Assembly (NCBI GenBank): GCA_046047235.1
Contig: JBJOII010000003.1
Span: 8,970-72,969, forward strand
Length of the DNA stretch: 64,000 nt
Direction: 5' to 3'
Source of the DNA: Verrucomicrobiota bacterium
GTDB taxonomy: Bacteria; Verrucomicrobiota; Verrucomicrobiia; Limisphaerales; JAHDYP01
A program made the position numbers and the translations under genes. Of this stretch, positions 18,595 through 26,272 are shown piece after piece. The first letter of the stretch is position 1. Each line of letters begins with the position of its first letter. Under the pieces are notes generated by a model. That model saw only the letters and a list, made by a program, of their open reading frames with translations, was not told where the DNA came from and made no database searches.

Positions 18595-19968
18595 CTACTT
18601 GCCTAAACAGAACCGGCTGAAAATCCGGTCCAGCAAATCATCAGTCGTCGTCTTGCCCACAACCTCGCCCACTGCCTGAACCGCCGCACGCAAATCCAAC
18701 GCCACCAGATCCAGCGGCCGATCCGCCCCCAGCGCCTCCAGCCCCCGCACCAGCCCACCCCGCGACCTCTCCAAGGCATCCTTGTGCCGCGCGTTAATCA
18801 TCACCTCCAACATCTCCCCACCCACACCCCCGCTCCATACCAGGGAACGAATCGCATCCTTCAAGGCCTCAATGCCCTCCCCCGTCACAGCAGACAACCC
18901 CACCACCACCGCATCCAGCCCGTCCGGCAACTCCAGGCGCTGCTCCAAATCCATCTTGTTCCGCACCACCACCCGCTTGCGCCCACCCCACGCCCCCAAA
19001 TGCTGCCGATCCTCCTCGCGCAAACCCCGCGACCCATCCAGCACATGTAAAATCACGTCCGCCTGCTCCACCGACCGGTGACTCCGCCGCACCCCCTCCT
19101 GCTCAATCACATCCTCGCTCTCCCGTAAACCCGCCGTGTCCACAAACACCACCGGTATACCCCGAATGTTCGCCCCCTCCTCCAGCGTGTCCCGCGTCGT
19201 GCCCGGCTGGGCCGACACAATCGCCCGGTCCCGACCCAGCAGCAGGTTCAACAAACTCGACTTGCCCACGTTCGGCAAACCCACAATCGCCACCCGAATC
19301 CCCCGCCGCAATAACTGCCCCTCAGCCGCCGTCGCCAGTAACCCGTCCACAAACTCCACCGCCAACCCCAGCCTCCCCATCAGCTGCTCCCGCGTGTCCG
19401 GCGCAATGTCCTCATCCGGAAAATCAATGTGCGCCTCCACATGCGCCAACACTTCCATCACATCCTCCCGCAACCGCTCAATCCTCCTCGAAAGCCCACC
19501 CGCCAACTGCTCCTGCGCCGCCCGCAACGCCAAATCCGTCCGCGCATGCACCACGTCTGCCACCGCCTCCGCCTGAGCCAGATCAATCCGACCGTTCAAA
19601 AACGCCCGCAAGGTGAATTCACCCGGCCCGGCCAACCGGACACCCGACGCCAAAACGGTCTCCAACACAGCACGCGCCACCACCACCCCGCCATGACACG
19701 AAACCTCCACCACATCCTCCCGCGTGAAGGTCCGCGGCGCACGCATCACCGCCACCAACACCTCGTCAACCAAAAGCCCGTCCCGATAAATATGCCCGTA
19801 GTGCAGGGTGTGCGACGCCACCCCCTCAAGTCCGGCATCCCGATTCCCCGGCCCGCGGAAACATCGGTTCACCCGCGCCACCGCCTCCCGTCCTGAAACC
19901 CGCACCACCGCCAGCCCGCCCTCGCCCAACGGGGTCGCCAACGCCGCAATCGTGTCTTCGGTCATCAT
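18595..19968 (-). CDS. mnmE: tRNA modification GTPase MnmE
   Basis: TIAALATP N-terminus, G-motifs GLPNVGKSSLLN, DTAGLRE and NKMDL, and the C-terminal FCLGK tetrapeptide. A GGAGGAGG Shine-Dalgarno lies just upstream. Confidence 0.92.
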   Translation of the reverse strand: MMTEDTIAALATPLGEGGLAVVRVSGREAVARVNRCFRGPGNRDAGLEGVASHTLHYGHIYRDGLLVDEVLVAVMRAPRTFTREDVVEVSCHGGVVVARAVLETVLASGVRLAGPGEFTLRAFLNGRIDLAQAEAVADVVHARTDLALRAAQEQLAGGLSRRIERLREDVMEVLAHVEAHIDFPDEDIAPDTREQLMGRLGLAVEFVDGLLATAAEGQLLRRGIRVAIVGLPNVGKSSLLNLLLGRDRAIVSAQPGTTRDTLEEGANIRGIPVVFVDTAGLRESEDVIEQEGVRRSHRSVEQADVILHVLDGSRGLREEDRQHLGAWGGRKRVVVRNKMDLEQRLELPDGLDAVVVGLSAVTGEGIEALKDAIRSLVWSGGVGGEMLEVMINARHKDALERSRGGLVRGLEALGADRPLDLVALDLRAAVQAVGEVVGKTTTDDLLDRIFSRFCLGK

Positions 19969-19991
19969 ACCTCCTCCACCTGCCTCCCCAC

Positions 19992-20957
19992 CTATGCCCG
20001 CGGATGCGCCGCATCGTATACCTGCTTGAGCCGATCAGTCGTCACATGCGTATACACCTCGGTCGTCACCAGATGCGCATGCCCCAATAACTCCTGCACC
20101 GTCCTCAAGTCAGCGCCCCGATCCAGCAAATGAGTCGCATAACTGTGCCGCAACTTGTGCGGAGTCAGCGACGCATCCAAACCCGCCTGCACCAAATACC
20201 GCTTCAACAACGCCTGCACCTGCCTCGGCTGCATCGCCGCCGCCGAACCCCGACGCGCCCGAAATACCGGCTCCCCCGCCTCCGGCCTCTGCGGCAACCG
20301 CTCCAGATAACGCCGAACCGCCTCCAACGCAGGCCGACCCACCGGCAACAACCTCTCCTTGCGCCCCTTCCCCCGCACCCGCACCCGGGCCGCCACAAAA
20401 TCCACGTCCTCCATCAATAACCCGCACAGCTCACTCACCCGTAACCCACACGAATACACCGTCTCCAACCAGGCCACGTCCCGCTCCGCCTGAAACCGTA
20501 CCTCCTCAGTCACTTTCTCCGGCTCCATCCCCGCCAGTAACACAACCGGTGCACCCAACAACGCCTCCATCTGCGCCGAAGTCAAAAATCGCGGCAGCCG
20601 TCGACCCGACTTCGGCAGCTGTATCTCCCGCAACGGAGTCGCCCCACACATCCCCCGCTTCACCAAGTCACGATAAAACGTCTTCAACGCACTGAAACGC
20701 AGCCGAATCGACGCCGGAGACAAACGCCGACGTCCCAACGACCGCAAATACGCCCGGAAATCGTCCCGCACCAAATCCCCCCACACCGGACGCCGCCCCC
20801 GCTCCCCCGAATACCACGCGCCAAACTCCTTCAACGCCGCGGCATAGTTCCGCTCCGACAATGCCGACAACCCGCGGTCCACCCGCAGATGCTGCAAAAA
20901 TGCCGCCACCTGTGAATCCACGCCCTCCTCATCCCCCGCCTGTCGTTCCTCAACCAT
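19992..20957 (-). CDS. xerC: Tyrosine recombinase, XerC/XerD type
   Basis: Core-binding N-domain and catalytic residues in GKGRKERLLP, HKLRHSYATHLL and GHAHLVTTEVYTHV. The ATG is at 20957; the track uses TTG at 20966. Confidence 0.85.
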   Translation of the reverse strand: MVEERQAGDEEGVDSQVAAFLQHLRVDRGLSALSERNYAAALKEFGAWYSGERGRRPVWGDLVRDDFRAYLRSLGRRRLSPASIRLRFSALKTFYRDLVKRGMCGATPLREIQLPKSGRRLPRFLTSAQMEALLGAPVVLLAGMEPEKVTEEVRFQAERDVAWLETVYSCGLRVSELCGLLMEDVDFVAARVRVRGKGRKERLLPVGRPALEAVRRYLERLPQRPEAGEPVFRARRGSAAAMQPRQVQALLKRYLVQAGLDASLTPHKLRHSYATHLLDRGADLRTVQELLGHAHLVTTEVYTHVTTDRLKQVYDAAHPRA

Positions 20958-21034
20958 CGTCCGCAAACCTTAAACCAACCCCGTCCCTTGCCAAGCGACA
21001 TCACACCAACATCCCAAATCCCCACCCGGAACCG

Positions 21035-21072
21035 GTACGGATTATTCGCGCACGTGCAGGAATAATCCGTAC
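21035..21072. promoter_or_regulatory. 38-bp near-perfect palindrome in the xerC/aroK divergent spacer
   Basis: GTACGGATTATTC (21035-21047) and GAATAATCCGTAC (21060-21072) are perfect 13-bp inverted arms around a 12-nt core containing GCACGTGC. The site is AT-rich relative to its surroundings. Confidence 0.5.
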
Positions 21073-21135
21073 TGGGAAAACTGATCATGGACGAATCAGC
21101 GTGCGCCCTGCTCCCGATTCGGTTACGCAGAGGCC

Positions 21136-21696
21136 ATGGAATGCGGGCGCAACATACGCAACATAGCCCTGATCGGGTTTATGGGGGTGGGAAAATCCAC
21201 CGTCGGCCAACAGGTCGCGGGCACAATTAATTTTGACTTTCTGGACACCGACGCCCAGATCGAATCGGTCGTGGGCCTGCCCATTTCGCGCATTTTTGAA
21301 GAGCACGGCGAAGATCACTTCCGCGCCTGCGAAGCCATGCTCGTCAAGGAACTCGCCCAACGGGAACGCCTGGTCATCTCCACCGGCGGCGGCCTCGCCG
21401 CCAACCCCGACCACCTCGCCAGCCTTAAAGCACACGCACTGGTTGTTTGCCTCTGGGCTTCTCCCGATGCCATCTGGGAACGCGTCAAGCATCAGACCCA
21501 CCGGCCCCTCCTCCAAACCGAAAACCCGCAGGAACGCATCCGCGAACTCCTCGCCCAACGGGAAACCGTCTATCGACAGGCCGACCTGCTGGTCAATACG
21601 GAGATGCGAACCCTCAAGGAAATCGTTCACCAGGTCATCCATCACTTCCGCGAAGCCTCAGGCAATCAGCACCCCGCCGCAGGCTCAAAACCTTGA
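21136..21696 (+). CDS. aroK: Shikimate kinase
   Basis: Walker A GFMGVGKST, a DTD motif and STGGG. A GCAGAGG Shine-Dalgarno lies upstream of the ATG. Confidence 0.9.
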   Translation: MECGRNIRNIALIGFMGVGKSTVGQQVAGTINFDFLDTDAQIESVVGLPISRIFEEHGEDHFRACEAMLVKELAQRERLVISTGGGLAANPDHLASLKAHALVVCLWASPDAIWERVKHQTHRPLLQTENPQERIRELLAQRETVYRQADLLVNTEMRTLKEIVHQVIHHFREASGNQHPAAGSKP

Positions 21697-22721
21697 AGGA
21701 ACAGATCCGCCAACGCGCTGTTGAACTCGGCTTCGATGCCTGCCGCTTCGCCGCCGCACACACCCCGTCCACGTTCAAACAATACGAGGAATGGATCCAG
21801 GCCGGATGCCACGGAACCATGTCCTACCTGGAACGAAACCTCGACCGCCGGGCCGACCCCACACTCGTGGTCGCCAACGCACGCACTGTCCTCTCTCTCG
21901 CAGCGAGCTACCCCTCAGCCCAGCCCCCTGAACCCAAAGACCGCCCCACCGGCCGCGTCGCCCGCTACGCCCAGGCCACCGACTACCACGATACACTCGC
22001 CGCGCCCCTCCGCGAACTGGCGCTATACATCGAAGACCTCGGAGGCCCCGGCACACTCACCCGACCATACGTCGATACCGGCCCCATCCTGGAACGTTCG
22101 TTCGGACAGGAATCCGGCCTCGGCTTCGTCGGCAAACATACCAACCTGATCAGCCGACAGCTCGGCAACTGGTTCTTCCTTGCCGAGATCCTCACCACCC
22201 TCGAACTCGACCCCGACCCGCCGGAACCCAACCGCTGCGGCACCTGCTCACGCTGTATCGACGCCTGCCCCACACGCGCCATCACCGCCCCCTTCCAGCT
22301 CGATGCCCGACGCTGCATCAGTTACCTCACCATCGAACTCAAAGGCTCCATCCCCGAGGACCTGCGCCCCGCCATAGGCAACCGCGTCTTCGGTTGCGAC
22401 GACTGCCTCGAGGTCTGCCCCTGGAACCGCTTCGCCCGGGAAGGACGGCTCATGCGTCAAGTCGCCCTGCCCGAGCTCCAACACCTCGACCTGCTGGAAC
22501 TCCTCAGCCTCGATACGGACACCTTCCGCCAACGCTTCCGCCACACCCCGCTCTGGCGCGGCAAACAACCCCGCCTCCTCCGCAACGTCTGCGTGGCCCT
22601 CGGCAATACGGCCGGCCCCGAAGCCCTGCCCGCACTCGAACAGGCCGCCCTGCACCCGGAACCCCTCGTGCAGGAACACGCCCTCTGGGCCATCCAGACC
22701 ATCCGCCAACGCCACCTCTAG
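21693..22721 (+). CDS. queG: Epoxyqueuosine reductase
   Basis: Ferredoxin motifs CGTCSRCIDACP and FGCDDCLEVCPWN plus a HEAT-like tail. TTG at 21693 overlaps the aroK stop (TTGA). The upstream 82 codons of the track ORF overlap aroK and read as Pro/Arg-rich shadow. Confidence 0.82.
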   Translation: MKEQIRQRAVELGFDACRFAAAHTPSTFKQYEEWIQAGCHGTMSYLERNLDRRADPTLVVANARTVLSLAASYPSAQPPEPKDRPTGRVARYAQATDYHDTLAAPLRELALYIEDLGGPGTLTRPYVDTGPILERSFGQESGLGFVGKHTNLISRQLGNWFFLAEILTTLELDPDPPEPNRCGTCSRCIDACPTRAITAPFQLDARRCISYLTIELKGSIPEDLRPAIGNRVFGCDDCLEVCPWNRFAREGRLMRQVALPELQHLDLLELLSLDTDTFRQRFRHTPLWRGKQPRLLRNVCVALGNTAGPEALPALEQAALHPEPLVQEHALWAIQTIRQRHL

Positions 22722-22871
22722 AGTGTTGAAGTAATCGTGTCTCCGGAGGAGCGTAGCGCTAAGCACCCCAGCCCCGCCGAACAACCCGAACCGTCCAAGG
22801 TTGAAACGATCACGCTCATCCCCTACGGTGCCACCACGCTGCGCGTCAGCGCATTCTACTGGATCCGCTAA
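22722..22871 (+). pseudogene. Probable relic of the 3' end of a lost gene (...PSKVETITLIPYGATTLRVSAFYWIR*)
   Basis: The frame is open from the queG stop to TAA at 22869-22871, 3 nt before the sulfatase ATG. The last 25 or so codons resemble the conserved C-terminal strand (..LIPYG.T.LR...F) that I associate with large glycoside hydrolases. There is no start codon or gene body. Confidence 0.35.
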
Positions 22872-22874
22872 ACC

Positions 22875-24407
22875 ATGTCCTTCTCATCACTCACCCCGCT
22901 TTACCGCAGAATACTCTGCGCCATCACCTCGCTGCTCCTGCTCGTCATCCCATCCCAGGCAGCCCCCGAAAAACCCAACGTCCTCCTCCTCTGCGTCGAT
23001 GACCTGAAACCCCTCCTCGGCTGCTACGGTGATCCTCTCGCCAAAACACCCAACCTCGACCGCCTCGCCGCCCGCGGCATGCGCTTCAATACCGCCTTCT
23101 GTAATCAGTCAGTCTGCGCCCCCTCCCGGAACAACCTCCTGCTCGGATCCCGGTCCACCTCCACCGGCATCTATGACCTCGGCCGCCACTTCCGCGACGA
23201 AGTCCCCAATGCCGTCACCATGCCCCAGCACTTCATGCAACACGGCTGGACCGCCGAATCCATCGGCAAAATCCTTCACACCGGCCACGGCAACCACGAC
23301 GACCCCCTCTCCTGGAGCTCCCCCTCGGTCATCGAAAAGGTCGTGGAATACCTCGACCCCGCCAACTCCGCCAACGGACAACTCACCCGCGAGGAAGCCT
23401 ACTTCTCCAATCGCGAACTCGGCCGCATCGGACAACTGCCCCGCGGCGCCGCCTGGGAAAATTCCGACGTACCCGACAACGCCTACGCCGATGGCCGCAT
23501 CGCCGACGAGGGCATCCGCCGACTCCAAAAGGCCGCCGAACATCCAGAAACCCCCTTCTTTCTCGCACTCGGCTTCGTCAAGCCCCACCTCCCCCTCACC
23601 GCTCCCAAACGATTCTGGGATCTCCACGATCCAGCCGCCTTCCCGCTCGCGCCCTTCCAACACGACCCCGCCGGCGCACCCCGCTACGCCGGCAAACGCG
23701 GCGGCGAAATCGTCAATTACGCCCCGCTCACAGTCGATAACCTCAAAGACCCCGAAATCCAACGCACTCTCATCCACGCCTATTACGCCTGCACCAGCTT
23801 CACCGACTCCCAAATCGGACGCGTGCTCGATGAACTCGACCGACTGAAACTCACCAACAACACCATCATCGTCCTCTGGGGCGACCACGGCTGGCACCTC
23901 GGCGACCACGGCTACTGGACCAAGCACACCACCTACGAACAGGCCAACCACATCCCCCTCCTCATCATCGCCCCCGGTATCACCCAGCCCGGCAGCACCA
24001 CATCCCAGCCCGCCGAAACCGTCGATATCTTCCCCACGCTCGCCGAACTGGCCGGCCTCCCCACTCCCACAGGCCCCCAACCCATCGACGGACTCAGCCT
24101 CGTCCCCGTCCTTCGCAACCCCAACCACCGCGTCCGTGACCACGCCTACCACTGCTACCCGCGCGGTGACCGGCTCGGACGCGCCATCCGCACCGAACGC
24201 TACCGCCTGGTCGAATGGAAAAAAATCGGCGCAACACCCGATACCGCCGAATTCGAACTCTACGATTACGTCGTGGACCCCCCGGAAACCCGCAACCTCG
24301 CCGCAGACCAACCCACCGTCGTCCAGGAACTGCGCGCCATCCTCGCCCGTCACCCCGAAGCCCTGCGCCCCGGCACCTACGGCAAGTCACCCGGGGATCA
24401 GCCGTAA
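22875..24407 (+). CDS. Secreted sulfatase (formylglycine-dependent; iduronate-2-sulfatase-like)
   Basis: Signal peptide, LCVDDLKP, the C-x-P-x-R site in SVCAPSRNNLLLG, and WGDHGWHLGDHG. Confidence 0.88.
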   Translation: MSFSSLTPLYRRILCAITSLLLLVIPSQAAPEKPNVLLLCVDDLKPLLGCYGDPLAKTPNLDRLAARGMRFNTAFCNQSVCAPSRNNLLLGSRSTSTGIYDLGRHFRDEVPNAVTMPQHFMQHGWTAESIGKILHTGHGNHDDPLSWSSPSVIEKVVEYLDPANSANGQLTREEAYFSNRELGRIGQLPRGAAWENSDVPDNAYADGRIADEGIRRLQKAAEHPETPFFLALGFVKPHLPLTAPKRFWDLHDPAAFPLAPFQHDPAGAPRYAGKRGGEIVNYAPLTVDNLKDPEIQRTLIHAYYACTSFTDSQIGRVLDELDRLKLTNNTIIVLWGDHGWHLGDHGYWTKHTTYEQANHIPLLIIAPGITQPGSTTSQPAETVDIFPTLAELAGLPTPTGPQPIDGLSLVPVLRNPNHRVRDHAYHCYPRGDRLGRAIRTERYRLVEWKKIGATPDTAEFELYDYVVDPPETRNLAADQPTVVQELRAILARHPEALRPGTYGKSPGDQP

Positions 24408-24452
24408 AAGCCTGAGGTCAAAGTCCGGCGGTCAGCCACGCAAATCCCCCAG

Positions 24453-24495
24453 CTCCTCTCTCCCCCCTCCCTGCGGTCCACCACGCGGACCGCAG
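24453..24495 (+). repeat. Polypyrimidine tract plus hairpin module (CTGCGGTCC-accacgc-GGACCGCAG)
   Basis: CTCCTCTCTCCCCCCTCCC followed by a perfect 9-bp stem. Confidence 0.85.
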
Positions 24496-24524
24496 CACCC
24501 CTCTGCGCTTGCCGCTTTGCCTCC

Positions 24525-24673
24525 CCATTCATGTATGGCTTGTGTTCATGCGGATACCCCTACGAACCGCGTTCGCCCCACGGTATAACCGCATGAATAG
24601 TCCACACATGAATAAACCCATCCCGGCACCGACTCCGGCCATTCATGTATGGCTGCGTTCATGCGGACACCCC
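24525..24673 (+). repeat. Pair of direct repeats of about 35 bp (24525-24560 and 24639-24673) flanking a 54-nt imperfect hairpin (24545-24598)
   Basis: CCATTCATGTATGGCT(TGTG/GCG)TTCATGCGGA(T/C)ACCCC occurs twice. TTCATGCGG/CCGCATGAA, ATACC/GGTAT and CGAAC/GTTCG form nested stems. Confidence 0.75.
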
Positions 24674-24745
24674 ACAGGACCCCTGCCGGTGTTTCCGTGT
24701 TTCACTGTTTCAGAGCATGAACCAGAGCACGCCTCAGCGCACAGC

Positions 24746-24882
24746 GCTGCTGCCCCATCGAAATCGCTATCGGGATCGCTATCGGGATCGAATGCTGAAG
24801 TTCCCAGTCGCAGGACGCAGGATACCGGATAGCGAAGATCGGACATCGCCCCGAGCGACCGAAGACCCGAGGCGCGCTTCCC
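24746..24882 (+). repeat. 137-bp dispersed repeat, copy A
   Basis: Aligns without gaps to 51569-51705 with 5 mismatches by hand count. It contains (ATCGCTATCGGG)x2. A short related piece lies at about 17240-17290. Confidence 0.9.
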
Positions 24883-24972
24883 GCTTGCCGCTTTGCCCTC
24901 AGCCCTCCGCCCTCCGCCCTCCGCCCTCAGCCCTCCGCCCTCAGCGCTATGCGCCTACCGCTTGCCGCCCCT
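24875..24972 (+). repeat. Phased heptamer tract of 14 units (CGCTTCC CGCTTGC CGCTTTG, then CCCTCAG/CCCTCCG x7, then CGCTATG CGCCTAC CGCTTGC CGCCCCT)
   Basis: 98 nt in perfect 7-bp register. The tract ends on the stop codon (24971-24973) of the REC-HD-GYP gene. Confidence 0.85.
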
Positions 24973-26257
24973 AACAATACACCACCAACGACTGCGCAAT
25001 CGGATTCAACCGGTTGTGGTTGCGCAGCTTGTCGATATAGGCCTCCGACAACTGTTGTCCATCGGGTATCAGCAAAATGCCATTCGCGGTGTAGATACCC
25101 TTGGCCAGAATCATTCCCGGCCGCAACTCCGACAACATCACCTCGCGTTGCTTCCGCGGCACCATAGCCTGCGGCAGGCTACGTATGAACGCCCGCACCG
25201 CCTCAGGATCAAACTTCGTCCCGCTCTGGTGCTGCAGCATTTCCAAGGTATCGGAATGCTTCTCGTTACTCTCGGAATACGCCACCGCCACCGCCAGCAA
25301 CCGCCCCAGCCACGGAATCGATTCGCCCCGCAACTGGTCCGGATAGCCTGTTCCGTCAAAACGCTCATGGTGCGCCCGGATGGTCTCACCCACCCCGGCC
25401 AACCCATGCACAAAACCCGCCAGCTCCTGCCCCAGAATCGGATGATGCTGGATCACCTTCAGTTCCGCGTCATTCAATTCGCTCGGAGTGTGCTGCCAAC
25501 GCCGGATCAGTTGCCTCGGCGCACCCACCAAACCAATGTCGTGCAGCCACGCCGCCACTTCCAAACTCTGCTGCTCGTCCGCCGAAAGCTCCAGGGAATG
25601 ACCCACCGCCCGGCATAACTCATAAACCCGCCGCGCCTGACTCCCCAACGTCGGGTAAAAGGTCTCCATCGTCCGCAAACACAACTCAATCGAATGCTGC
25701 AGGTTCTTCTGCAGCGCCGTGTTCAGCCCCTCCAACTGACGGTTCTGGTCCGCCACACGACTCACCTGCTCCTCCAAGGCCTTGTTCAGCTTGGAAAGCT
25801 TCTCGTTCATCGCAATCGCCGTCGCCTGCAATACCTTGTTCTTGCAAATCAGGTCATATCGCTGCACCGCGTTGCGCACCGTCGCCAGCAACTCCTCCCT
25901 CAACCACGGCTTGATCACAAAACGGTAGATCTCACCCTTGTTGATCGCGTCAATCACGGTGTTCAAACTCAACACCGCCGTCACCAAAATGCGCGTCGCG
26001 TCAGGCTGCGTCTCCTTCACCTGGCTCAGGAATTCCAAGCCCGTCAGGTTTGGCATCTGATGGTCCGTAATGATGACCGAAAACGCCTGCTCCTTGATTA
26101 ATTCCAAGGCCTGCAACGGATCACTGCACGCCACCACGTCATAACCCTCACGGGTCAACGCCTCCCGCAACGCCACCAACACAATCTCCTCGTCGTCTAC
26201 CACCAGCAAACGATGAGGCGAGAGTAACTCGGGAGATGATGCTTCTACGAATTTCAT
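24971..26257 (-). CDS. Response regulator with an HD-GYP output domain (candidate c-di-GMP phosphodiesterase)
   Basis: Receiver motifs LLVVDDE, IITDHQMPNLTG and KPW, a coiled-coil linker, and the HD..HHERFDGTGYP motif. Confidence 0.88.
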   Translation of the reverse strand: MKFVEASSPELLSPHRLLVVDDEEIVLVALREALTREGYDVVACSDPLQALELIKEQAFSVIITDHQMPNLTGLEFLSQVKETQPDATRILVTAVLSLNTVIDAINKGEIYRFVIKPWLREELLATVRNAVQRYDLICKNKVLQATAIAMNEKLSKLNKALEEQVSRVADQNRQLEGLNTALQKNLQHSIELCLRTMETFYPTLGSQARRVYELCRAVGHSLELSADEQQSLEVAAWLHDIGLVGAPRQLIRRWQHTPSELNDAELKVIQHHPILGQELAGFVHGLAGVGETIRAHHERFDGTGYPDQLRGESIPWLGRLLAVAVAYSESNEKHSDTLEMLQHQSGTKFDPEAVRAFIRSLPQAMVPRKQREVMLSELRPGMILAKGIYTANGILLIPDGQQLSEAYIDKLRNHNRLNPIAQSLVVYC

Positions 26258-26272
26258 GTCGAGGTCTCTCGG

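Noticed and set aside
19992-20957. The tyrosine recombinase considered as the integrase of a mobile element or prophage.
   Set aside because: It is flanked by housekeeping genes (mnmE, dus, aroK, queG). There is no tRNA target, no direct-repeat att pair, and no phage or transposon cargo. Its size and motifs fit chromosomal XerC/D.
21035-21072. The palindrome next to the xerC-like gene considered as a dif site.
   Set aside because: Known dif sites are about 28 bp, with 11-bp arms around a 6-bp centre. Here the arms are 13 bp around a 12-nt centre, and the sequence does not resemble the dif consensus that I remember. I kept it as a generic candidate operator.
21447-21692. N-terminal 82-codon extension of the queG ORF in the track. 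Similar extensions exist for fliP (39334-39861), the protease (11562-11996), the GT2 gene (29471-29830), the porin (62657-62806) and the phosphoesterase (8334-8447).
   Set aside because: The extensions overlap upstream genes or repeat modules, read as Pro/Arg/His-rich shadow, and precede internal starts that give family-typical N-termini or signal peptides.
24643-24846. Small minus-strand ORF starting MSDLRYPVSC... that is conserved between 24643-24846 and 51424-51669.
   Set aside because: Conservation is confined to the 137-bp DNA repeat. Within that frame the two copies differ by 1 synonymous and 2 non-synonymous changes. The frames diverge completely outside the repeat and there is no convincing ribosome-binding site. 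I treat it as repeat DNA, not a gene.
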